Positions 51,284-58,890 of a stretch of DNA of 64,000 nucleotides are shown in pieces. The position numbers and the translations under genes were made by a program. The stretch is taken from the NCBI GenBank assembly GCA_045588045.1, contig JAZNDJ010000070.1, forward strand, positions 17,190 to 81,189, in the 5' to 3' direction. Position 1 is the first letter of the stretch. Each line of letters opens with the position of its first letter. The notes under the pieces were generated by a model, which was given only the letters and a program-made list of their open reading frames with translations, did no database searches and was not told the origin of the DNA. Source of the DNA: Faecousia sp. GTDB lineage: Bacteria; Bacillota; Clostridia; Oscillospirales; Oscillospiraceae.

Positions 51284-53104
51284 ATGTGTGCGATCGCCGG
51301 TATACTCGGATTACCGTCTGACAATCAAATCATTGACAGAATGCTTAAGACCATGTCCCGACGGGGTCCGGATGCTGAGGGCATTTTTCAAGACCGGTAT
51401 TGCTCTCTTCTGCACCGGCGCTTGGCCATCATTGATCTTGACGGTGGCCAGCAGCCGATGTCCTTAAAGCAAAAGGATGAAATATTTACGATCGTATATA
51501 ACGGTGAGCTTTACAATACCATGGAGATTCGTCAGGAGCTTCTGGAACTGGGTCATCAGTTCAGCGGACATTCCGATACGGAAGTTGTTTTGCATGCATA
51601 TGCTCAGTGGGCTGAAAAAGCATTGGAGCGTTTTAACGGTATTTTTGCTTTTGCCGTGTGGGAGCATCGCACAAGCCGGTTGTTTCTGGCCCGTGACAGA
51701 ATCGGTGTAAAGCCATTGTTTTATACTAAGCTGAACGACGGAATTTTGTTTGCGTCAGAAATAAAGACAATACTTACGCACCCGCAAATGAAGGCACAGA
51801 TCGACGAAGAGGGGATCGCAGAGCTTCTGCTCATCGGCCCCGGCCGCACACCGGGATTTGGCGTATTTAAGGGTATACAGGAGCTGGAACCCGGCTGTTA
51901 CGGTATTTTCGAAAACGGAAAGTTCTCTTGGTACAGATACTGGAAGCTGACAGACCGGGAGCATACGGATACATTTGAACAGACAGCGGAGCATGTCAGA
52001 TATCTGGTGACCGATGCGATCAAAAGACAAATGATATCGGATGTGCCCATCGGAACATTTTTATCCGGCGGTCTTGATTCCAGTATCATAAGCGCTGTCT
52101 GCGCAAAGGAAGCCTTGGAGCAGGGAAGTGTCCTGCCAACATTTTCTGTCGATTACGATAACAACGAGAAGTACTTTGTGCCTGGTAAATTTCAGCCAAA
52201 TTCAGATAACATGTACATTGAGATCATGCGCCGTCACTTGCGTACGGACCACCATACGACAGTGATCGATCCGGGACAGCTTGTTGCGGCATTGGAGCAG
52301 GCAACAAAAGCGCGTGACCTTCCGGGTATGGCAGATGTGGATTTCTCCCTGCTGATATTCTGCGGCGATATCCGAAAGAAGGTCAAGGTGGCCCTTTCCG
52401 GTGAATGCGCAGATGAAATATTTGGCGGTTACCCATGGTATCGCGATCCGGAGATTCGCGCCTTTGCAGGTTTCCCGTGGGCGCAGAACACACAGGAGCG
52501 CGCCACTTTCATTCTCTCTGACGCAGTCAATAAAACTCTGCCTGCGCAATATGTTCAAGATCGCTACCTGCAAACAATCAGACAATGTGACATACTGCCC
52601 GGCACATCAGCGCAGGAACGCAGAATGAAGGAAATGGTCAATCTGAATCAGCGATGGTTTATGCAAACTCTGTTAGACAGAAAAGACCGTATGAGCATGT
52701 ATCATGGATTGGAAGTTCGGGTGCCGTTTTGCGACTACAGGATCGCTGAATATATGTACGGAGTTCCTTGGGAATATAAGGACTACCAAAACCGCGAGAA
52801 AGGCCTATTACGTTATGCGGTTAACGACTTGCTTCCGCAGGAGATCGTACGTAGGAAAAAGAGCCCATACCCAAAAACCCACGATCCGAAATATCTGAAC
52901 CTGGTCAGTGACCGGCTGCGGGATGTAATTTCTGATCCTGCCGCACCGATCCTGCAGATCGTTTCAAAATCAGCTCTGTCAGAATTACTCACAGCTCAGT
53001 ATACCTGGCCCTGGTATGGTCAGCTCATGCGCGTCCCGCAGACCATTGCATATATGCTGCAGATCAATTATTGGTTTCAAGAGTATAAAGTTCAAATCGT
53101 ATAA
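51284..53104 (+). CDS. asnB: Asparagine synthase (glutamine-hydrolysing), AsnO-like
   Basis: N-terminal MC (Ntn Cys), RGPD, HRRLAIID, NGELYN, LSGGLDSS, SGECADEIFGGY. Confidence 0.95.
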   Translation: MCAIAGILGLPSDNQIIDRMLKTMSRRGPDAEGIFQDRYCSLLHRRLAIIDLDGGQQPMSLKQKDEIFTIVYNGELYNTMEIRQELLELGHQFSGHSDTEVVLHAYAQWAEKALERFNGIFAFAVWEHRTSRLFLARDRIGVKPLFYTKLNDGILFASEIKTILTHPQMKAQIDEEGIAELLLIGPGRTPGFGVFKGIQELEPGCYGIFENGKFSWYRYWKLTDREHTDTFEQTAEHVRYLVTDAIKRQMISDVPIGTFLSGGLDSSIISAVCAKEALEQGSVLPTFSVDYDNNEKYFVPGKFQPNSDNMYIEIMRRHLRTDHHTTVIDPGQLVAALEQATKARDLPGMADVDFSLLIFCGDIRKKVKVALSGECADEIFGGYPWYRDPEIRAFAGFPWAQNTQERATFILSDAVNKTLPAQYVQDRYLQTIRQCDILPGTSAQERRMKEMVNLNQRWFMQTLLDRKDRMSMYHGLEVRVPFCDYRIAEYMYGVPWEYKDYQNREKGLLRYAVNDLLPQEIVRRKKSPYPKTHDPKYLNLVSDRLRDVISDPAAPILQIVSKSALSELLTAQYTWPWYGQLMRVPQTIAYMLQINYWFQEYKVQIV

Positions 53105-53111
53105 TAAGCAT

Positions 53112-53149
53112 GCACCGCCTGCATTTATTGACAGGTGGTGCGCTTTTTT
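53112..53149 (+). terminator. asnB terminator
   Basis: GCACCGCCTG/CAGGTGGTGC + TTTTTT. Confidence 0.75.
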
Positions 53150-53286
53150 GTTGTATATTATCGAAAATATATTCTGCATTTCGGCAATTTTACAATGTGA
53201 AAAATTTCTCGATAAATGGTATAATACGGATGAACATGCGATCAATGCCGGAGGGGCGACTTCGCAGCGAGTCTTTGTACCTAATA

Positions 53287-54258
53287 TTAGTTAACAAACC
53301 GGATCTGCTGCTCTTTTACCAACGGAAACACGTACAGTTCCTCTTTGTCAAGTTCGACACTATGCAGTCTGACAGCAGTAATCTGACTATTTTCGTAGGT
53401 CGTATAATAGAAGATTCCTTTATCCGTATTGCAGCAGGAGCTATAGGCAGTGATCTCAAATGCATCGCCGATCCTCACACATCCCCGCTGCTGTGCAACG
53501 GCATTCAGAATATGAAAGAATTGGCTGATGCTTTCTTCTTCTGTATTGCCGCTGACGGAATTTAACTTTGTAAATGCCGCCTTGACAAACCGTGAGGCTG
53601 ACGAAAGATCTCCCGGCAGGCCGAATGCGCCCATCCCCCTGCTGTATGCCTTAATATCAAAGTCCTTGCAGAACCGGTTACGTGCTTCCTCGCAGGTCAG
53701 ATTCATATAATTGCATAGATTGTGCATGTGATAGTCAAACGGTGGATTGTTTGTCAGTATGCCGACAGGGTTATCATATATCTTGAGCCCGCTTTGGCCA
53801 GGTTCAACTGTGACTGATCCGCTTTTATCGGAAAAAATCCAATGCAGCGGTGTAAGCGGAAATTCCTGGTTGAACTGCACCTTCGCAATATTCGCTCCCA
53901 TTAATAATCGACGAACATCCGCAACAGATTTACATTGACCAAGTACCCATGGAATCAGTTCAAAGGGAGCAATATTGCGCTTGCTCTCATCAACCGGAAG
54001 GTAGTGGGCGTTATCCGGGAAGTTCAATCCGGCTCCGCTGATACCGCACTCATTGGTCGCTTCATAATAAAGCGGGTATCCTTGCGCAACTGTTGCCATG
54101 CCGATCATAGCCAGGTGCGTATGCTGAGGTTCCTCGCACCGAAAAGACAACGGATACTGCCTTGGTGTGATCACAACATGCTCATCATAGATGTATTCCA
54201 AATCCAAGTTTCTTCCAAAATAGTGATCCTTTGTTTGGTACGTAACTGCAGTGCACAT
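53287..54258 (-). CDS. bsh: Choloylglycine hydrolase family (bile salt hydrolase/penicillin V acylase)
   Basis: MCTA (Cys2), GRNLD, LNFP, LTNNPPF, GLPGD.SS.SRF. Confidence 0.9.
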   Translation of the reverse strand: MCTAVTYQTKDHYFGRNLDLEYIYDEHVVITPRQYPLSFRCEEPQHTHLAMIGMATVAQGYPLYYEATNECGISGAGLNFPDNAHYLPVDESKRNIAPFELIPWVLGQCKSVADVRRLLMGANIAKVQFNQEFPLTPLHWIFSDKSGSVTVEPGQSGLKIYDNPVGILTNNPPFDYHMHNLCNYMNLTCEEARNRFCKDFDIKAYSRGMGAFGLPGDLSSASRFVKAAFTKLNSVSGNTEEESISQFFHILNAVAQQRGCVRIGDAFEITAYSSCCNTDKGIFYYTTYENSQITAVRLHSVELDKEELYVFPLVKEQQIRFVN

Positions 54259-54383
54259 ACTATCCCTCCAATGGGATCAGTATGCCACCAAATACTAAGA
54301 TGTTGCATAATCGCTGTAAAATTTCAAATTTAAATCTATAATATATGGCAGAGTATGTTATAGTAAATCTATGAGGTGAGGAT

Positions 54384-55043
54384 ATGCTTACTTATAACGA
54401 TGTAATCAAAAGCGAAAAGATACGGACCTATATTATCCGTGCCGACGAATCACTTGGTGCATTGGGTTTTACCGAGCATTGCTTTGCCCATGTAGTTCAT
54501 GTGGCGCAAACGGCCGGCTATATACTGCAGACCATGGGCTTTGATGCCCGGACAGTGGAGCTGTCGAAGATCGCAGGGTATCTGCACGATATTGGCAACC
54601 TTGTAAACAGGAAGGAGCACTCCCAGTCCGGCGCGTTGATGGCCTGGAGCCTTTTGAATGATATGGGATGCGAACCTGAGGAGATCGCAACGATCGTAAC
54701 CGCCATCGGCAATCACGATGAAGGCACCGGTGTCCCGGTAAATGCGGTGGCTGCTGCACTGATCCTGGCAGACAAATCCGATGTTCGCCGCACCCGCGTC
54801 CGGAATACGGATATATCAACATTCGATATCCACGACAGAGTGAATTATTCTGTAAAAAAGTCTGCATTGGAAATAAACGGCGAAAAAACACAAATCAGAC
54901 TGAAACTGCTTGTTGATACCCAATACGGCTCTGTAATGGACTACTTTGAGATATTTATGGGCCGGATGCTTCTTTGCAGAAAAGCGGCAGAAAAGTTAGG
55001 GCTGCAATTTAAGCTCATCATCAACGATCAACAGCTCATATAA
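54384..55043 (+). CDS. HD domain phosphohydrolase
   Basis: GFTEH, YLHDIGN, NHDE, LADKSDV. Confidence 0.88.
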   Translation: MLTYNDVIKSEKIRTYIIRADESLGALGFTEHCFAHVVHVAQTAGYILQTMGFDARTVELSKIAGYLHDIGNLVNRKEHSQSGALMAWSLLNDMGCEPEEIATIVTAIGNHDEGTGVPVNAVAAALILADKSDVRRTRVRNTDISTFDIHDRVNYSVKKSALEINGEKTQIRLKLLVDTQYGSVMDYFEIFMGRMLLCRKAAEKLGLQFKLIINDQQLI

Positions 55044-55045
55044 AA

Positions 55046-55080
55046 AACCGGAGCCCATGACAGTGACGGGCTCCGGTTTC
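55046..55080. terminator. Bidirectional terminator
   Basis: AAACCGGAGCCC/GGGCTCCGGTTT with flanking A/T runs. Confidence 0.75.
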
Positions 55081-55087
55081 TATTCTC

Positions 55088-56512
55088 TTAAAGATTGTAG
55101 TACTTATCGAACTCAGCGGGGTGGGGGATCCTGGACATCTGGCTGCATTCCTCGCGCTTGCTCTTAATGAAGTTCTTGAGCAGTTCCTCCGGGAATACGC
55201 CACCGACGGTCAGATAGTCATGATCGGCTTCCAGCGCATCCAAGGCAGCATCCAGGGAGGTGGGCAGACCCTTCAGCTTGGCCTTCTCCTCATCGGGAAG
55301 GTTATAAAGGTTCATATCATAGGGGCCCCAACCGTTCTCGTGCGGATCAATCTTGTTTTTGATGCCGTCCAAACCGGCCATCAGGATCGCTGCATAGCAG
55401 AAGTAGGGGTTGCAAGTGGCGTCCGGATTGCGCAGCTCAAAGCGGCGCAGATTGGGTGTCTTGGCATAAGCAGGAATACGGATAACCGCGCTGCGGTTGG
55501 AGGTAGCATAGCCAACCGTTACAGGTGCCTCAAAACCGGGTACCAAACGCTTGAAGGAGTTGGTGCTGGGGTTGGTAATGGCACACAGAGAAGCAATATG
55601 CTTCAGCAGGCCGCCCATAAAGTAGTGGGCTTCCTTGCTCAGGTTGGAGTAGCCGTTATCATCGGGGAAGGCCGGCTGACCGTCCTTCATCAGCAGCATA
55701 TGCACGTGCATACCGTTGCCTGCCTCGCCATAAACAGGCTTAGGCATAAAGGTTGCAGACTTACCGTACTTCAGTGCAGTGTTGCGGATGATATACTTGA
55801 TCATCATGGTCGCATCGGCCATCTTGGACATCTCGCCCAGCTGAGGCTCGATCTCAAACTGACCGGAAGCACTGACCTCGGGATGATGATATTTGATCTT
55901 GATGCCAGCTTCCTCCATGAGCATACACATCTCGCTGCGGCACTCATAGGTGGGATCAAAAGGCTTGGCAATGTGGTAGTTCTTCTGCTTGGGTACCACG
56001 ACACCGCGGCCTTCGATACCGCTGTTCCAGTATGCCTGATCCGCATCCAGATTCATGCCAATGGAGTAGGGCTGGACCTCCCAACCCACGTTGTCGAACA
56101 GATAGAACTCAAATTCAGGCAGGATCAGCATGGTATCAGCGATGCCGCAATCACGCATATATTTCTCTGCTGCCAGGACGATGTTTCTGGGGTACTGGGC
56201 CAAGGGGCGGTTTTCGGGGTTGTCGATGATCATAGCATTGCCGGTCATGGACAGGGTGGGAATCTCGCAGAAGGGGTCGATCACAGCAGTATCGGGATCG
56301 GGAATGAAGACCATGTCGCTCTTCTCAACCACCGCATAGCCATAGTTGGAGGCATCAAAGCCGACACCGTTCTTCATGGTGTCTTCATTGAAGTTCTTAG
56401 CGGGAATGGTCACATGACGGTATTGACCGTTAATGTCTACCATCTTAAAGTCGACCATTTCGATATTATTGGCCTTGATCAGAGCCATAACATCCTGTAC
56501 CGTTTTTGCCAT
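55088..56512 (-). CDS. glnA: Glutamine synthetase type I
   Basis: FDAS, PEFEFYLF, HHPEV, ATFMPKP..G.AGNGMHVH, NRSA.IRIP, ELRNPD; ATG at 56512. Confidence 0.96.
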   Translation of the reverse strand: MAKTVQDVMALIKANNIEMVDFKMVDINGQYRHVTIPAKNFNEDTMKNGVGFDASNYGYAVVEKSDMVFIPDPDTAVIDPFCEIPTLSMTGNAMIIDNPENRPLAQYPRNIVLAAEKYMRDCGIADTMLILPEFEFYLFDNVGWEVQPYSIGMNLDADQAYWNSGIEGRGVVVPKQKNYHIAKPFDPTYECRSEMCMLMEEAGIKIKYHHPEVSASGQFEIEPQLGEMSKMADATMMIKYIIRNTALKYGKSATFMPKPVYGEAGNGMHVHMLLMKDGQPAFPDDNGYSNLSKEAHYFMGGLLKHIASLCAITNPSTNSFKRLVPGFEAPVTVGYATSNRSAVIRIPAYAKTPNLRRFELRNPDATCNPYFCYAAILMAGLDGIKNKIDPHENGWGPYDMNLYNLPDEEKAKLKGLPTSLDAALDALEADHDYLTVGGVFPEELLKNFIKSKREECSQMSRIPHPAEFDKYYNL

Positions 56513-56542
56513 AGGAACACTTCCTTTTTTCAAAATATGTCT

Positions 56543-56571
56543 AAGTATATCAAATATTTCCATACCAGTCA
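56543..56571 (-). promoter_or_regulatory. SigA promoter of glnA
   Basis: TTGACT-N17-TATACT on the minus strand. Confidence 0.65.
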
Positions 56572-56792
56572 ATAAAAATGTATATATCTCGAGCATATTT
56601 CTGTGTTGCAATCGATCTTCCCACTTCCTGCATGAAGAAAATTCCGGCGGCCACATTTGTGGTCACCGGAATTTTGGTGTGGTTTTTCATAGCAGACTCA
56701 TTTCGAGATTACCATACTTCAGATGATTTGCAAGGGACTGCATTGCTTAAAAATGAAGTGTCCATAACTCAAATCATTATGAACACTCGTTA

Positions 56793-56957
56793 TAGTTGAA
56801 GTGTCGGGATTCGTTTGCATTTTCGCCAAGGACGAAAATAGTTGTTTCGCTCCTTCAAGCCGTAGCGAGCTACTGTCCACCGGACAGTAGTATTTATATT
56901 ATTCGAATCCATCCACCAATAAAAAACAGAGAGCTGCAAAAGCAGCTCTCTGTTTTT
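56793..56957. repeat. tRNA-Pro-linked structured repeat, unit 1 (165 bp)
   Basis: Begins with an 18/21 copy of the tRNA 3' end; four internal hairpins; aligns with unit 2. Confidence 0.85.
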
Positions 56958-57089
56958 TGGTCGGAGTGTCGGGATTCGTTTGCATTTTTGCTGACGCAAA
57001 AATAATGGAACGCCTCCGTCGAGCCGTCGGCGGCAACAGTCCACCGGACTGATTCATGTTTTGTCAAAGATGTTTTCCACTTTGAAAAT

Positions 57090-57111
57090 GTAGGGGCGGC
57101 CATTGGCCGCC
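57090..57111 (+). repeat. GTAG-type REP palindrome
   Basis: GTAG+GGGCGGCC-ATT-GGCCGCC; exact inverted copy at 57502-57523. Confidence 0.85.
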
Positions 57112-57155
57112 TGCGCTGCACCTCCGGTTTTTGCCGGTGGTGAGTAAGTGCGCCC

Positions 57156-57184
57156 TTGAAAGGAAAAATGTTTTTTGCTACAAT
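57156..57184 (+). promoter_or_regulatory. SigA promoter of the transposase
   Basis: TTGAAA-N17-TACAAT with TG extension. Confidence 0.6.
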
Positions 57185-57215
57185 GTTTCTGAACAATACA
57201 GAGCAGGTGATACAT

Positions 57216-57710
57216 ATGGAATTGCCAAAGCGAAAACAAAACCGTCTGACCGAATATGATTACAGTACACCCAACGCCTATTTTATCACCATTTGCGCCC
57301 GGGATCGAAAAAATATGTTCTGGACGGATACGGAGAAAACGATTGACTGCCCGGAGAAAGTTCCTCTGACTAAGCTTGGCATGTGTGTGAAGCAAGTCAT
57401 CTGCGATATTCCGAGGCACTATCCCGCAATTACAGTAAACCATGCTGTAATAATGCCTAATCATATACACTTGCTGCTGCAAATCAATACGGATGCTGAC
57501 GGGCGGCCAATGGCCGCCCCTACGATCTCGACGGTGATCAATCAAACAAAAGGTGCTACCTCAAAGAAAGCAGGCTTTTCTGTTTGGCAAAAAGGCTTTT
57601 ATGATCATGTGATTCGTGGGGATCGGGATTATACGGATGTATGGAACTACATTGAGGGAAATCCCGGTAAATGGGCAGAAGACAAGCTATATATTTCAGA
57701 TAGTCAGTGA
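57216..57710 (+). CDS. REP-associated tyrosine transposase (RAYT/TnpA-REP, Y1_Tnp)
   Basis: RK..RL..YDYS...AYFITIC; VIMPNHIH (HUH); WQKGFYDHVIR; YIEGNP (catalytic Tyr). Confidence 0.9.
   Translation: MELPKRKQNRLTEYDYSTPNAYFITICARDRKNMFWTDTEKTIDCPEKVPLTKLGMCVKQVICDIPRHYPAITVNHAVIMPNHIHLLLQINTDADGRPMAAPTISTVINQTKGATSKKAGFSVWQKGFYDHVIRGDRDYTDVWNYIEGNPGKWAEDKLYISDSQ
57502..57523 (-). repeat. REP copy inside the transposase coding sequence
   Basis: GGCGGCCAATGGCCGCCCCTAC is the reverse complement of 57090-57111; read as GRPMAAPT. Confidence 0.85.
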
Positions 57711-57770
57711 AATCGTTCCTTTATAAAATGAACTTTGTTGCATTTAGATTATTCGAATCCCAACAGTACC

Positions 57771-57807
57771 AAATAAAAAGAGGGTGCAAAAGCACCCTCT
57801 TTTTATT
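57771..57807. terminator. Bidirectional terminator between the transposase and tRNA-Pro
   Basis: AATAAAAAGAGGGTGC-AAAA-GCACCCTCTTTTTATT. Confidence 0.85.
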
Positions 57808-57884
57808 TGGTCGGAGTGTCGGGATTCGAACCCGAGGCCTCTTGGACCCGAACCAAGCGCGATACCAAACTTCGCCACACCCCG
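57808..57884 (-). tRNA. tRNA-Pro(CGG)
   Basis: 77 nt, CGGGGTG...CACTCCG ACCA; anticodon arm CTTGG-TTCGGGT-CCAAG; GGTTCGAATCC T-arm. Confidence 0.96.
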
Positions 57885-57895
57885 TTAGCCAAGTC

Positions 57896-57924
57896 ATTAT
57901 AAAAAAATATCCAGCGGTTGTCAA
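57896..57924 (-). promoter_or_regulatory. Consensus SigA promoter of tRNA-Pro(CGG)
   Basis: TTGACA-N17-TATAAT. Confidence 0.85.
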
Positions 57925-57987
57925 GTCCTGTTCGTGTTTTATGTATCTAAGATCGTTTACACGCATAGACTGGTCAGGGGTGTAGTT

Positions 57988-58281
57988 ATGGGATATCGGA
58001 TTTCCTATGGACAGGCACAGATCAGAGAAGAAATTCCGGACAAACCGGAAAAGAATCTGCTAAAATGGGTCATACCCGCATTGGCCGTTGTTCTGACTGC
58101 CGTTCTTGTATTATACATAATCGGGCCAGCGCAGCTGCGGGATTTGCTCCTGCCTGGAGATCCCGCTGTGACGAGCTCTGCTTTGGAATCTTTTGCAGTC
58201 AGCATTAAAGAGGGGGAAGGGCTGGGTACAGCCATCCACACCTTCTGCCAGGAGATTATTGATGGCGCACAGCTACCATAG
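57988..58281 (+). CDS. Small single-TM membrane protein in the spoIVFA position
   Basis: ATG at 57988 after AGGGG; TM WVIPALAVVLTAVLVLYII; overlaps the next gene. Confidence 0.7.
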   Translation: MGYRISYGQAQIREEIPDKPEKNLLKWVIPALAVVLTAVLVLYIIGPAQLRDLLLPGDPAVTSSALESFAVSIKEGEGLGTAIHTFCQEIIDGAQLP

Positions 58282-58861
58282 CAAGCCGCAGATCATAGCA
58301 AGACCGGGTTTCTATATTCTGATCAGCCTCCTTCTATTGTTTCTTCCTCTGAAATGGGTGTTAGCCTGGCTGGTCGCTGCAGCAGTGCATGAAACTTCAC
58401 ATTACATTGCGCTCAGTCTCCTGCAATGCCGGATTTTCTCCATTACAGTCGGTGTTTACGGCGCTGTAATCGATGCAGATACCCATTCAGACCTGCGGGA
58501 GTGCCTGTGTGCCGCCGCAGGGCCGCTATCCGGTATTCTGTTGGTTGGCCTTGGCCGCTTTATCCCATATATTGCGGTATGCGCATTTTTTCAGACAGCA
58601 TTTAATTTACTTCCGATCACCGGATTTGACGGTGGAAGGATCGTGCGTTTCATCATATCCAGTGTATTTCCGGTCAAGTATACACTGCGGATCTGTGAGG
58701 CCATTGAGTTGGTTTCTGCAGTCGGGATTCTTGCAGTTGCGACCTTTCTGACCTTTAGATTAAAGGCAGGAACACTACCACTCATTTTTGCAACGGTTGT
58801 CTTTTTGCGGACCAAACCATTAAAAATCCCTTGCAAACACAGACGACAAATAGTACAATAG
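58262..58861 (+). CDS. Site-2 (M50) metalloprotease, SpoIVFB-like
   Basis: HETSH (HExxH), AAAGP, FNLLPITGFDGG; synteny with the radical SAM pair. Confidence 0.85.
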   Translation: MAHSYHSKPQIIARPGFYILISLLLLFLPLKWVLAWLVAAAVHETSHYIALSLLQCRIFSITVGVYGAVIDADTHSDLRECLCAAAGPLSGILLVGLGRFIPYIAVCAFFQTAFNLLPITGFDGGRIVRFIISSVFPVKYTLRICEAIELVSAVGILAVATFLTFRLKAGTLPLIFATVVFLRTKPLKIPCKHRRQIVQ

Positions 58862-58890
58862 GCAATGATGTTATTGACGAGGTATTGCCT

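Larger units (their letters stand above)
57052..57737 (+). mobile_element. 686-bp cassette carrying a REP-associated HUH (Y1) transposase
   Basis: Removing it restores the palindrome GCAACAGTCC-ACC-GGACTGTTGC; TG at both junctions. Confidence 0.7.
56958..57807. repeat. tRNA-Pro-linked structured repeat, unit 2 (164 bp once the insert 57052-57737 is removed)
   Basis: Begins with TGGTCGGAGTGTCGGGATTCG, identical to 57808-57828; same hairpin order as unit 1. Confidence 0.85.

Noticed and set aside
55121-56575. 484-aa + strand ORF
   Set aside because: Exact antisense shadow of glnA, expected from strong codon bias; no RBS or recognisable motifs.
56720-56760. ANTAR twin-hairpin motif upstream of glnA (AGCAATG on the minus strand)
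   Set aside because: Could not build the two hexaloop hairpins, and no ANTAR regulator is adjacent.
57216-57710. Classical IS200/IS605 element
   Set aside because: No tnpB; the motifs (YDYS, WQxxFYDHVIR, YIxxNP) and GTAG REPs fit the RAYT clade.
56793-57830. Repeats as a CRISPR array or prophage attL/attR
   Set aside because: The inter-repeat sequences are homologous to each other rather than unique spacers, the period is 165 bp, and there are no cas, integrase or phage genes.
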